Positions 37,757 through 50,842 of a stretch of 64,000 nucleotides of DNA are shown in pieces (the stretch's first letter is position 1; the number at the start of each line of letters is the position of its first letter). The notes below the pieces were generated by a model. It was not told the origin of the DNA, searched no databases, and saw only the letters and a program-made list of their open reading frames with translations. The stretch is from the NCBI RefSeq assembly GCF_001194135.2, contig NC_069005.1, positions 1,340,224 to 1,404,223 of the forward strand, in the 5' to 3' direction. The DNA comes from Octopus bimaculoides (taxonomy: Eukaryota). A program made the translations under genes and the position numbers.

Positions 37757-38239
37757 TTTATCTATTTTAGTTGCTTCTCTTTTTCTGATTTTTTTTTCAT
37801 CTTGTTCCAGTCACTGGACTGTGGCCATGCTGGGGCACTGCCTCAGAGGGCTTTAGTCAGACAAATCAAACTCAGTATTTATCTTAATCTATTGGTCTCA
37901 TTTTGTGGAACTGTAAAGTTAGGGGGACATAAACAAACCAACACCAGTTGTCGTGTGTGTGTGGCAGGGACAAACACAACACACCTCTCCAGCTTCCCAG
38001 ACACCAGTCAAACCGTCCAACCCATGCCAGCATGGAAAGTGGACGCTAAATGATGATGATGATGATGATGATTTGTGTGCAGGATGGAGGTGGGGAAGAA
38101 AATACTGTTGGGGTAACATTGTGAAAGTTGCTTAGCAACCGTTCAACCACCTGTCTATTTTATTTTTAATTTTTTTAAGAAATTTTCTTTCTTTTATAAT
38201 CACTTGCATTGATTTCTGTTGTTTTTTTCTCCATTTCAG

Positions 38240-38657
38240 AACAGCTTCTTGTATGCTTTTGGGAACAGTACCGAAACTGGAGCTCAGTTGATGTATACGA
38301 GTTCCAATCATGGACTGCCGGGGTCTGTTTGTACATCAGAGGCTGGATACATTGTATATACCACTGCGGCGCCAGGGATGGAGTCTGTCACAGACTCCTC
38401 TGGATTGCTGCCACAACCTCACTTACAGGAAGTAATCACAGAACACCTTGACAATCACTTGGTACATCCAAGGACGACTTTAATAAATGGACGTATGGCT
38501 CAAAACGGATTTGATAATCCGATGGACTTATCGAATGGTAAAGTAGTTCAAGTTATTGACATGAAAAAAGAGGATTCTCGACAATACGATCACAATCAAG
38601 CAGCTACGAATTACCATCACAATGGTGTGACGGTTGGCATACCAGAATCTCAACATG
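38240..38657 (+). CDS. Su(H): Coding exon of Suppressor of Hairless (CSL/RBPJ), N-terminal region containing the CtBP motif PMDLS
   Basis: Polypyrimidine tract and TTTCAG acceptor (AG 38238-39). One open frame of non-repetitive sequence, NSFLYAFGNSTETGAQLMYTSS...NPMDLSNGK...PESQH, ending at a G|GTAAGG donor (phase 1). First in-frame ATG at 38291. Splices in phase to the exon at 60351. Identity is inferred from linear motifs, not from a database search. Confidence 0.8.
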
Positions 38658-38795
38658 GTAAGGCAACAAACAATTCCTTTTCCTGATTTTCTCCATCGAA
38701 ACTTTATCAGGCATTTTCTTTGTTTTCTAATCATGTTTTTCTTATAAGCATCTACCCTGTTCATATGCTTCAGTTAATCAAAAACTTAGAAATGT

Positions 38796-39130
38796 TTAAC
38801 CCTTTCCGTATCCTATTTCTCTTGAAATGCACTTTCTTTTGTTTGTTTCAATTAATTTTGGAAGTAATGAAGAATTAAGTAAAATACATTTGTTATTATT
38901 AAGATGTTATTTGGAACATATCAGTCAACCTGAAATTCTGATGGCATTAATTTAGATCACTTTAACCCTTTTGTTACCATATTTATATTAAATATACTGC
39001 CTTTTATTTGTTTCAATTCATTTTGAAAATAATGAAGAATTAAGTAAAATATCCTTGTTGTTATTTAGCTGGTGTTTAGAATACAAAGACTAGTATGGAT
39101 TTTTGATGGAAGATTTTCATTTAGATCATA
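38796..39130 (+). mobile_element. Two MITE family G copies, the second (from 38962) starting at the internal TTAA of the first
   Basis: TTAACCCTTTCCGTATCC...TTAGATCACT|TTAACCCTTTTGTTACC...; both have the same body. Confidence 0.75.
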
Positions 39131-40283
39131 AAGTTGTATTTTTGTTCTAGCCAAATAAACACACACACACTAGATATTTAGTCTTTACTCATTTATTACT
39201 GTTCTTATTTTATAACTCATATCCATTTATTATTCACTTAAGAATTTGATTAAAATTTTAATCATGGCATAATTACTTTAATATAAGATAAAACTGCTTA
39301 TAGTTTTGGTCTCTCTGTTTTTCTTCTTCTTCTTTACACTAAAATGTTTTTCCTTGTTGGTTTATCACATGAATCGGTTAATATTTTCATATTTTCAACA
39401 CTGATTTTTTAATATGTGACTGTTATCAGTTTGATAATAGATTTGACATTTGTTTGGCCGAACTCTTAATCTGGTTCCAACCCTCACACTAAACTACCAT
39501 TAACATGACAGAAATGTCTTTCAGTGTAGCCTCCAAACCAGGTGTTGGTAACCTGTTTTGAGAAGTGGACCACATGAGATATGACTCCACACAGGGTCAG
39601 TTTTCACTTGGTCATTCAGAAAGTCCTGTTGGCTACAGTTTGCCCATGACTGCTTAAAACTATATGTTTACAATGACCATCTAAATAAGTCATATTTCTA
39701 TATAAAATGGAATATTGTTTTTTGAGATACCAAATGAGGAAAATTTGTTTTATTTGTTTCTTACTGAAGAATTTAACACTTTCATTATTAATGTTAGAAA
39801 TGGAGATATATTTTGTATAAAAAATGGTGAAACAACAGGATTAAACGAACTGTGACTTCTTGTGTGATTTTGAAGGAGTTTTCTACTCCCAGAACCCCCN
39901 NNNNNNNNNNNNNNNNNNNNNNNNNNNNNNNNNNNNNNNNNNNNNNNNNNNNNNNNNNNNNNNNNNNNNNNNNNNNNNNNNNNNNNNNNNNNNNNNNNNN
40001 NNNNNNNNNNNNNNNNNNNNNNNNNNNNNNNNNNNNNNNNNNNNNNNNNNNNNNNNNNNNNNNNNNNNNNNNNNNNNNNNNNNNNNNNNNNNNNNNNNNN
40101 NNNNNNNNNNNNNNNNNNNNNNNNNNNNNNNNNNNNNNNNNNNNNNNNNNNNNNNNNNNNNNNNNNNNNNNNNNNNNNNNNNNNNNNNNNNNNNNNNNNN
40201 NNNNNNNNNNNNNNNNNNNNNNNNNNNNNNNNNNNNNNNNNNNNNNNNNNNNNNNNNNNNNNNNNNNNNNNNNNNNNNNNNNN

Positions 40284-40337
<54 letters not shown>

Positions 40338-41852
40338 TATATGAGGAATTTCTTTGAGTTTCCATCGACCAAATCATCTCTCAAAGCATTGGTCAGCCCT
40401 TTGGATTTATAGTTGAGCTGCTGGTTTCGAAGTACGTAGTTATTCATAAATATTTTCCTTTCCTTTGAATTTGGAAAAGACATTGACATCTCAGCTGGGT
40501 AGCGAAACTCTTTTTAATGTATATTTTGCTTTGGAATTTTTTCCAAGTTTCTTTTCTTTTTTATCCTTTACAGATTTCAAGCTGATCACAAACAAAATAT
40601 CACAGCTCTTTTGTTTAATCCAAGACAATTTGTTAGAGTTTGTGGTTATCTAAATTGGTTGATGTGTGGATAAACTTGCTCTTCAGTAGTGGGTGTGCAT
40701 GTGACTTTAATACTCAAGTCTGTGTGTGTGTGTGTGTGTGTGTTCTTATGTGTATGTGATTGTCTGCTTGTAGTTCAGCCCAGGAACCTCAAATGGAGAA
40801 TCCCTGGAATTTTCACAGTATCACCATATTTCTAATTGATTGTATCTCGAGAATCTGAGTTAGTCTGATTCTTTTTTTGGGGACAACCCCATCATTTTTT
40901 AGGTTTTTATGCAGATTTCGTTACATAAACCACTGCACTTTGTGTGTGTGTGGGGGAGGGGGATGGTCAAGGACAATGTAAGACGTCCTGACTTTGAAGC
41001 CATTTTGTCATTTTTACCTCTGTTAATTACCAACAACAAGACTTTAAAAAATAATCGAAAAACAACTTCAAAAATTATTCATACATAACAAACGGTTAAA
41101 GTTAAAAAAAAACAACGCATATATTTCGCTAACATTCACTTTATTATTAATAAATTTTCAAAAACGTTTTGTCAAGAAAAAAAAATGCAAATGACTCAAG
41201 GGACACAACTCTTGAATTCCTTTAGGAATTTTTTTTTTATCCTTTCTGTTTTCTGTTTTAGTTAATATGTTTAATTGTATATTTGAATAAACATTGATTA
41301 GATTGAGACAGTCATTTAAATATGTAGCATGACCTAATTATTTTCATGTGATTTTCACTATTTTTGATTCTAGAATTAAAAAAAAAATGCTTGAGTACCT
41401 TAGGAGAAATTTTTTTCTTATTTCTTTGGCAATATCATTATTGCACCCACCCCATGTTTTTTTTTTGTCATTAATGATTATTCTAAGAATAATTATTCTA
41501 TGTTTTTTTTTTAATATTTTTAGTTTGAGAATTGACTATCTCTGACAAAATACCTGGTGGTATTTACTTATGGACATTTGTCTGTATTGAGTTTAAATTC
41601 AACTGAGTTGAACTTAGCTTTTTGTCCTCCTGGGTGGGGCCTTGATTAAATAATGCAGCTGCCAAGTCCTGGATCAGTTTCTATTTCTGTAATGTGTCCT
41701 GCATATGGATGAAGTTAAAAGAGAGGACAGCATAGGATGCTTGGTTTTGCATTTATTTAGTGTATAAAAATTATTCATGTATAATGAGTCCATTTTGGCT
41801 GTAAGCAGCAGGAGCACTACATAATTAAAGAGTGTTTTGTGTGTGTGTACAA

Positions 41853-41889
41853 GTGCAGGCATGGCTGTGTAGTTAAGTTTGCTTTAGAA

Positions 41890-41942
<53 letters not shown>

Positions 41943-42060
41943 TTTGGTCGGCCCGATGATATAGTAGAAGACAGTTGCCCAAGGTGCCACGCAGTGGGAT
42001 TGAACCTGGAACCATGTCGTTGGTAAGCAAGCTTCTGACCACACAGCCACTCCTGTGCCT
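41853..42060. mobile_element. Two oppositely oriented SINE A heads flanking (AT)n
   Basis: GTGCAGGCATGGCTGTGTAGTTAAG on + at 41853; minus-strand A copy at 41940-42060. Confidence 0.8.
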
Positions 42061-43045
42061 ATGTTGTTTTGAATTTGAAAGTGATCTGAATGAAATATTT
42101 TCATAAATTGAAGTTTCTTGTTCTTTGAGTTATTAAATTTGAATAAGAAGTGGAATTCCTTTTAAAAATATTCAAACTCGGGTTTTGAAAATCTCTTTAT
42201 AAACCAGATTATTTGATGTCCTGGATAATTGTGGGTCACAATGTGTGTTTGTTCTTCCCTTGGTTGTGCTTGTCTCTTCCACTGGGGCCTAAATTTTTTG
42301 ACAATGTTATCATCCTGTCACCTTGGAGATCTTTTGATTAGCGCCTTCCAATCTCTTGGATGCAAGTTGATATCTTCATGGGTCCACCTATTGTCTGTGA
42401 GCCTTGTGACATGTGCAGTCCAGTATTTCTTCTGGTCTTCTTTGTTGTGAGTTCAAATCTCATCAAAATCCAATTTTGCCTTCCATCCATTCAAGGTTGA
42501 TAAAATAAAGTACCAGTCTAAGAACTGGGACTGATGGCCATCTTCCTAAATTATAAACCATTATTAAAGATATTTATAAACAGCAATTATTTTTCATTGT
42601 TTTTTGTTTCTCTCTCTTTCTCTGTCTCTCTTTGTCTCTACCTGTCTGTCTTTCTCCCACAAACAATTTATTAAATACCTTTTCATTTCTGTGATTTTGG
42701 GAGTCTTTTGTGTTTTTCTTCATGTTTTTTTTTTTACCATCTCATTATATATCTGGCGGGATATTGGCAGCTCTTCTTGGCAATAAGTGAAAACTCTAAC
42801 ACCAATCATTGTATTTGAAAAGTCTTTCAAAAGAAAGGAAGATTTTGTTTGCGTACTTTTATTGAAGCCCATTTGGTTATTAATTGTTTTTTTACTCTTT
42901 ATGAAACAGGGGGGAAAACGAAAATGTTGCCAAGCTTTATGTCTTTGGTTCCTGCTGCTGTAGCGAGTGGGGGGTACTGGGTGTGTCTGGCTCCTGTTTG
43001 TGGTGGGAGTGAGCTTGTGTCTTGAGTCTTTACCAGTGTTAGTAT

Positions 43046-43300
43046 TTAACCCTTTAACTATGAAATCATATTCCATGGTTATTCCACTAACGATGTTAAA
43101 TATCTACCAAGAAACAAAACAAAAGGTATTTTCTGCAAGTCACACTGCCTCAATAAACTCGACATATCTCAATGAATAATAGTTTCAAACATAACCATTC
43201 CTTAACAAAAGATAGAATGGGATATAAAACTGCTTTCCGTAGCTAAGAATTATTAAATTTTGAATAGATATATATCTGATTTCAGCAGTAAAGGGGTTAA
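43046..43300 (+). mobile_element. TTAA-flanked piggyBac-like MITE, family H
   Basis: TTAA-CCCTTTAACT...CAGTAAAGGGG-TTAA. Confidence 0.75.
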
Positions 43301-43412
43301 GCAATGATAGCAACAATTATGAGAATAATTACACTAATGACATTCCTTATTCTCTCATCATCATCATTAAGCATCTGTTTTCCTTGTTGGCATGTATTAT
43401 AATTAACTAATT

Positions 43413-43662
43413 TTAACCCTTTAACTGTGAAATTAAATTTCATGGTTATTCCAGTAAATGATGTTAAACGTCTGCCAAAAATAGAATTGGTATTTTCTGC
43501 AAGTCCACATTGCATCAATAAAATTGACATATCTCAATGAAAAATGGTTTCAAACATGACATTCCTCAACAAAAGATAGAATGGTGTATAAGACTGCTTT
43601 CTGCAGTTAAGGGTAAGGAAATTTTGAGAGAATATGTCTGATTTTGAAAGTAAAAAGAGTCA
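43413..43662 (+). mobile_element. Second family H MITE copy
   Basis: TTAACCCTTTAACTGTGAAA..., collinear with 43046-43300; right end degenerate. Confidence 0.7.
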
Positions 43663-44134
43663 CTTCATTTTCTGGTCAAAATCCTTCTTCTTTGCCATTC
43701 TTCCATGGGTTTCTCTGATGGTCTTGAAACCATGGCAACTTGAACCACTTAAGTTACATCACTCCTCCTCCTCCTTCTCCTCATCATCATCATGAGTGTT
43801 TTAACATCCACTTTTCCATGCTTGATGGAGTTAGTGAGGCAGATATTAGTTGAACGCTCAGGAAAAATGGAAAAGTCTTTTACATTTCTAGCCTATGCTC
43901 TTAAACAGAAAGGATTAAATGAGGGAAAAATGGAGAAAGAATGAAAAAAAAACAGAGAGAGAAAAAAATGTGCAGAGTTCAACAGTCCAACATGGCAAGA
44001 CGACTGGAAAAAAAAAAAGAGGCTGAATGAAAGAGAGATAATAATAATAATAACAGTAAAAGTGACCCCAATGAACTAAGCATATATATATATATATATA
44101 TATACATATATCTTATACACATATACATGCATGG

Positions 44135-44165
<31 letters not shown>

Positions 44166-45269
44166 TGCACATATATGATCATAAAATTAGATGCTGGCTC
44201 ATCAACTGCCAGTTTTCTGCCCCTAGTGTTGTTAGAATGTATCTTCTTCAAGCTCCTCATTTCTTCACTATTATTTCTAATCGTTCAACAGACGTGTTTG
44301 TATGATCTATTTTAATCGCAACTCCTCTCAACCACCACACATCATCCATAGATTTCTGAGATCTTAAACAATAGCACATTTATAGAAACTTAATAGAAAC
44401 AGTCGCTTATCGCTTATTCACAAACTTATCTCTCTTTGTCTACCTGCTACTCACCTAAGCTAACGACATGGACACAGCACTGTTTTCTAATCTTTTCTCC
44501 CTGTCTTTGTGTTTATCATTTCTTTTTGTGATAGTGCCAATTAGATAACCGAGGCAGGTGAAGCTTAGGAAACTATCTGTCTACAAAGAAATAGGACTTT
44601 TATTTAAATAAAAATGAGTTATTTGAAATTTATTCAAATATCGAAATAGTTCCATCCATTATTGAGTCATTACTTGTTTAATGTTTGTTTTTTTCCTTTA
44701 GAAACACATCCCAGAAAGAGTTTCTTGTGTGCTGTTCTTGCAAAGACTTTTCCTTTTAATCGTTTGGCATTCAGATTCCTCTGTCAAATGTGATGCTTAT
44801 TGATTCAAAAGATATTTTGAATCAATCATGTGTTATCTTATAACTTCAAGATTCTAATGATGTGAGTGTTTATTTGTAGAATGGCATTGCAGGGTATGCA
44901 TGAGTGGTTGGATCTGGTCAGTCTCAACATAAAACAAGTAGAATTTTGGGGCTGGATTTGACTGGATTTAATGCTTGACTGATTGTGACTCAGTTCTCCT
45001 TTCATTTGTTTTTTCTGAAAATGCAGCACAGATTCTACAGTAAATGATGCATCTTCAATTTTTTTGCTTTTAAAATTTTGTGGCATTGAATTTCACAGAT
45101 GCCTACTTCTTTGGAAACTTCTTAGACACAGTCAGGTAACAATTTTCACAGATCACACCATGGACATTCACAATGTAACTGTCGTCTGTTGTTGTGGCGG
45201 CTCATCCGTCTGATATATGGCGTAAAAATAAAACAAATTTTTCTCAAAATGAAGGCGAATTTCATGAAA

Positions 45270-45880
45270 GCCTGGTTGTGTGGTTAAGAAGTTCACTTCA
45301 CAACCACATGGTTTCAGGTTCAGTCCCAATGAGTGGCACCTCGGGCAAGTGTTTTCTACTATAGTCCCAGGCTGATCAATGCCTTGTGAGTGAACTTGGT
45401 AGATGGAAACTGTGTGGAAGCCCAGTGTGTGTGTGTATATATGAGTATGTGTGTTTTTGCTTATGTATGTACCCACCCACTACTTGACAATTGATGCTGG
45501 TTTGTTTATGTCCCTGTAACTTGGCAGTTCAGCAAAAGAGACTGATATAATAAGTACTAGACTTTAAAAAAAAGTACCGAGCTCAATATGGTCAACAAAA
45601 CTATTTAACCCTTTTTTTTTTACACCAAATTCCTGTAGAAATACCATTGTTTCAATTGATTTTCAAAATAATGAAGAATTTGATAAAATAATTTTGTCAG
45701 TATTAAACTGGTGTTTGGAATGTAAATAAACAATGGATTTTAATGAAGCATTTTAATTTAGACCCCTTCTAATCAGGAAGTTTTTGTCATAGAACCAAGG
45801 ACAATTTCAGGCAGGTTGGTATTGGAAATGTCAAGGTGGTGCTCCAGTATGGCCACAGTCCAATGACTGAAACAAGTTGA
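45270..45880 (+). mobile_element. SINE family A interrupted by a family G MITE (about 45605-45833)
   Basis: SINE sequence stops at ...CAACAAAACTAT|TTAACCCTTT and resumes at GGTGGTGCTCCAGTATGGCCACAGTCC. The uninterrupted copy at 24355 reads GACTAAAACCCTTTAAGGCAGTGCTCC. Confidence 0.7.
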
Positions 45881-46503
45881 GGATAAACACTTGGTTCTTG
45901 CAAATCCATTCCTGTGTCCAATTCACAATAAATGGCCAGACATATAAAACAGACATTCACACTAACTTGTCTTGATGGACGACTTACTGATGTTGTTTGT
46001 TTTTTTTTCCTTCTTTCTACAACCCCTTTTGATCGAATCTCTACCCCTCCCCCCTTTTTTCTCTTCCCCAAAAAGAAAAGCTCTTCTTTGTATTTTGTCC
46101 CCTCTGTGTTCAGCCCTGTGTGGCCAATAAAGAAACATATTAGAACCAAGATTCAAAGTCACTTGCACACAAACCTGAAATTACAAGCTCACTGGTGCCA
46201 CATGGTGGTTTCGCCGTTTTTTAAAAATCCCGTTTGAATATTTCCTGCGATGCTTCGCATTTTCTCTTTCTCTTCTCTTCCTTGTTCTGAGTTCAAACAC
46301 TGTGCACGATTGATTTTTACTTTTGCATTCTTCTGGGGCTGTCATGAACTAAACAGCAGTCAATACAACCAGTGTTGCTTCATTACTGGCCTTTAAACAA
46401 TTAATTTTGTGCCTCATCAAAGCAAATCAATATATGGGATGATCAGTTCGCTTTTACTCTCTATTTCAGTTAAGTTACAATTCTTATTGTAACGTATATA
46501 CAT

Positions 46504-46612
46504 CACACACACACACACACACGTGCATGAATGCTTGTGTGCATGTACTTGCTTTCATGCTCCACTTTGATTTTCACTATATATATTTTATGTATATGTA
46601 TGTGTGTGTGTG

Positions 46613-46676
<64 letters not shown>

Positions 46677-46710
46677 CACACACACGCACACACACACACA
46701 CACACACACA
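46504..46710. repeat. (CA)n/(TG)n compound microsatellite
   Basis: Direct inspection. Confidence 0.9.
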
Positions 46711-48387
46711 CGGTGGCTGTGTGACATCGTCATCTTTTAACTGGTGTGGGTTGGATGGTTTGACAGGGTCTGGTGAGCCACANNNNNNNNNNNNNNNNNN
46801 NNNNNNNNNNNNNNNNNNNNNNNNNNNNNNNNNNNNNNNNNNNNNNNNNNNNNNNNNNNNNNNNNNNNNNNNNNNNNNNNNNNNNNNNNNNNNNNNNNNN
46901 NNNNNNNNNNNNNNNNNNNNNNNNNNNNNNNNNNNNNNNNNNNNNNNNNNNNNNNNNNNNNNNNNNNNNNNNNNNNNNNNNNNNNNNNNNNNNNNNNNNN
47001 NNNNNNNNNNNNNNNNNNNNNNNNNNNNNNNNNNNNNNNNNNNNNNNNNNNNNNNNNNNNNNNNNNNNNNNNNNNNNNNNNNNNNNNNNNNNNNNNNNNN
47101 NNNNNNNNNNNNNNNNNNNNNNNNNNNNNNNNNNNNNNNNNNNNNNNNNNNNNNNNNNNNNNNNNNNNNNNNNNNNNNNNNNNNNNNNNNNNNNNNNNNN
47201 NNNNNNNNNNNNNNNNNNNNNNNNNNNNNNNNNNNNNNNNNNNNNNNNNNNNNNNNNNNNNNNNNNNNNNNNNNNNNNNNNNNNNNNNNNNNNNNNNNNN
47301 NNNNNNNNNNNNNNNNNNNNNNNNNNNNNNNNNNNNNNNNNNNNNNNNNNNNNNNNNNNNNNNNNNNNNNNNNNNNNNNNNNNNNNNNNNNNNNNNNNNN
47401 NNNNNNNNNNNNTTATGGAAAAACTAAGCACCTATCATAATTCTGCTCTCGTTATCACACCACGCATTATGTTTCATATTTAGGAATCAATAACCAAACT
47501 GTTTAGAATTGGTTGCAGTTTTCATTTATTATTAGTATTAATATCATTATCATCATTATCATTATTATTGTTACGGCTTGTAAAGTAAAGTTTGGAAGCA
47601 ATCCTTCCCTCTATGTTGGATTTCAATTAGAAATATATATATAGAAATGTGTATATATATAGATAGATATGTATATATAGATAGATATGTATATATAGAT
47701 ATATATATATATATATAGAGAGAGAGATAAGAAAGAAATATTGAAGAGGAAAAAGTAGTGAAATTGCTAAAAGCTAGTGTTTGGGGTCGTTAATGATTCG
47801 ATGTTGTTTTGCAATGGCTGCAGGGCTAGATGTGTTTTGTGGGTTATCAGTCCCAGCACTCTCTCTGTGTGCATTATCTTTGTCTGGTCTTATCAGCTGT
47901 GGGAAAATGCTGGAGTTGTCCAGATGTGTAGAACTCACGTATTGACAGCTAGTAAATCGAGCCTGCCTGTATGCCTTTTTCTCATAGAGAAGACAGAAAA
48001 ATCAAAATCTTTAGGAAAATCTTTAGAGAAAGGTTGGTGGGGAAAGAGCAGCAGCAGCAGTAGTAGTAGCAGTGTGTATATTAACATTAACTAAGACTGC
48101 TAAAGAAAGACAAACAAAAAAAAAAAAAATTAGAGAGCAAAAAAAAAAAAAAAAAAANNNNNNNNNNAAAAAAGGTAAAAATGATGATGGAACCAGCTTC
48201 AGATTGTGTATTTGAAGAGTTTTCACAGTATATGATTGAAGGTAAATAATGTTCTTTGCATGGCAGTTCTCTACTCTCTCTACTTCTCTTCTCCTCTGAG
48301 CTTGATTTATTTGTCTGTTAGTAACCAGTTGCAATTTATAAACAAAACTCATATAAAACTTATGTATTTCATTCTCTTTCATATGTT

Positions 48388-48420
<33 letters not shown>

Positions 48421-50229
48421 CTTCCTTCCCTCTGTACATCTGTGTGCGAGTTTGTGTTTCACAGTGCACCGAATTATTGCGCATACTATTTACACATACA
48501 CACATATGTATATCGACATACACACACACATTTGGTGCATGCGCACACTCATTGATCGACGTAAAACATTTAACACTCACCACAAACAACAACAAAAATA
48601 TCGAAAATAAAATAAAATAATTCAAAGTTGCTTTCTGTGGACATGCTTTTGCTAATGATAATATCTGTAAGTTATCAATATTAACCCTGATGTTGTGATT
48701 CCATTGAGTCGAATTTGATGTGAAAAACCAGGCACTTCTAAAGAACTTCGAGTGAGATGACTGCACTTGCTGCAATAGTGGACATCTGGCTGGGGTTCCC
48801 GAGAGAACATTTCCCACTGTGACATTGTCGTGCTCACATCTATCTTGTATGTTTTCATCTATAAATTGATCTCCAGTGTCACCTTCCTCAGCTGCAAAAT
48901 TTCTCAGTTTAACCAGTCGAATAACGTGTAAATGCTATAATCGACCCGAGATGTAATATAAGGAGAAAGTGCTTATGGCCAGCTTGAAACAGGTTCACCA
49001 CATTTCAATTTTTCCATGATCTCTTTCTGCTCTCTCTAACCTTTCTCGGTTTCCACAGCCATGTTGAATTTCTAGCATTAGAAGATATATTTATCTTTCA
49101 CCATTACATATTGACTAGATCTTGTGTTTTTCTTTAATTTATTCCTTTCAGATCACTTCTAATCAATCATAATAATTATTTTGTTTTTAATTAGCTCTTA
49201 TCATTTAATGATTTTATACAAAAAAAATAACAAAACTTTTTATTCACATCCTCCTCCTTCATATGCTAACCATTATAGGAACCATAGAAGAACTGTTGTG
49301 CATGATTTACTGAGTATCAAATGTCATGTTTGTTATTCTTATATATATACCTGTATATACACTCTTTGTTTCCATGAATTTATCAATACTTGTACACCTT
49401 ATTACTCATCTATTATTCACATAGTGTGTGTGTATATGTATGCGTATATGTGTGTGTATATGAATATATATATATATGTGTGTTTATACACACACTCACA
49501 ATATTTGTATGTATGTATATGTTTATAGCAACCTTATATTTGTGTAAAGCTCTTATATAACACTTCTATCACATTAAACATTTTTCTTAGGTTAGTTTCT
49601 TATTGAAAGGCAAACACTTTCTTATATTACAAATCTTGTAATATATTCCTGATGTAGATTCAGTCAAAGACAACCTTATTGTTTTGTTCCATTCCTTGAT
49701 AAATTATAGTTCTGTGCAGAAATTCAGGCAAATTTTAGTTTTTATTCTTTGTATAAATTTCCAATTAAAAAAAAAAAAATTACATTCATAACATAATCTT
49801 AATGATAACAGCACTGCCCCAGCATGGTCTCAGCCAACAGACTTAAACAAGTTAAAACAGTAAACAGTGCAATGTTGTTGGAAAGACAATGTGCGTGTAT
49901 ATATATATACATATATATATTTATAAAAGGCGTAACACCCATGTTCTTTGTTATTATTTTGAAAATTCGTTAGTTTTGTTCCTCGTGTGATCAAAGACAG
50001 ATGAGTATGTGTAGAATAATACAAGAGAAAACGTCGATGTATTACTGGTTAGATGACCACATGCTATATATATACCCAGGTTTTCGCCACTCACTCACCC
50101 CCCCCCCTCTCTGCACTCTTTAATCACACTTCCTTCGCAATATCCTGCTACTTATATTGGCGTTCAAACCTCAAGGGTATACCCTGGCACTTACCACCAT
50201 CGATATCTCTCTCTTCCTTTACTCAACCA

Positions 50230-50842
50230 TCCCATTTATATTCTCATCCCCATCCCTTGTGAGTATGCCCAGCATCTCTATCCTGATGTCTCCTGTTCTC
50301 TCTCTTCTTCTCCTGCACTTCCCTCTGGTTGGGTAACCATGTATTTCCTTTGCGGTAGCACACCTGTTTGTTTTCATTCCTGATCTCTCTCTCTCTCTCT
50401 CTCTGGCTGGGTCACCTTGTACTTCCTCTACAACAAGACACCTGTTTCTGTCTCACTGTAACCTTTCATCCGACACAAGATCACCTCCTCCAATGTCCCC
50501 TCCCCTCTTGGAAAGTTTTTTCGTCTTGCAAGTACTCGGTGACCTTGTCATTGCAGGTGCCATGCAAAAAGCATTCCAGTCCACTCTGTAAAATGGTTGG
50601 TGTTAGGAATGGCATCCAGCTGTAAAAACCTTGCCAAAACTGACCTCACCTGTGTTTGTGCCATGTAAAAAACACTAAGTCCACTCTGCTGATTGGTTGG
50701 TGTTAAGAAGGGCATCCAACTGTAAAAATCCTGCCAAAACAGTCACAGAAGTCTGGTGCAGGCTTCTGCCTGGCCGGCTCTTGTGAAATTGTCCCACCCA
50801 TGCTAGCATGGAAGGCCGATGTTAAACGATGATGATGATGAT
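50230..50842 (+). mobile_element. Composite RTE-tailed element with duplicated TTGGTGTTAGGAAGGGCATCCAGCTGTA motif
   Basis: The motif occurs at about 50598 and 50698; the element ends CATGCTAGCATGGAAGGCCGATGTTAAACGATGATGATG. Confidence 0.7.

Noticed and set aside
48023-48817. 264-aa minus ORF with a hydrophobic stretch and EGF-like INECAHAPNVC
   Set aside because: Runs through poly-A, (TG)n and an N gap. The EGF-like string arises from TG repeats and lacks the remaining cysteines.
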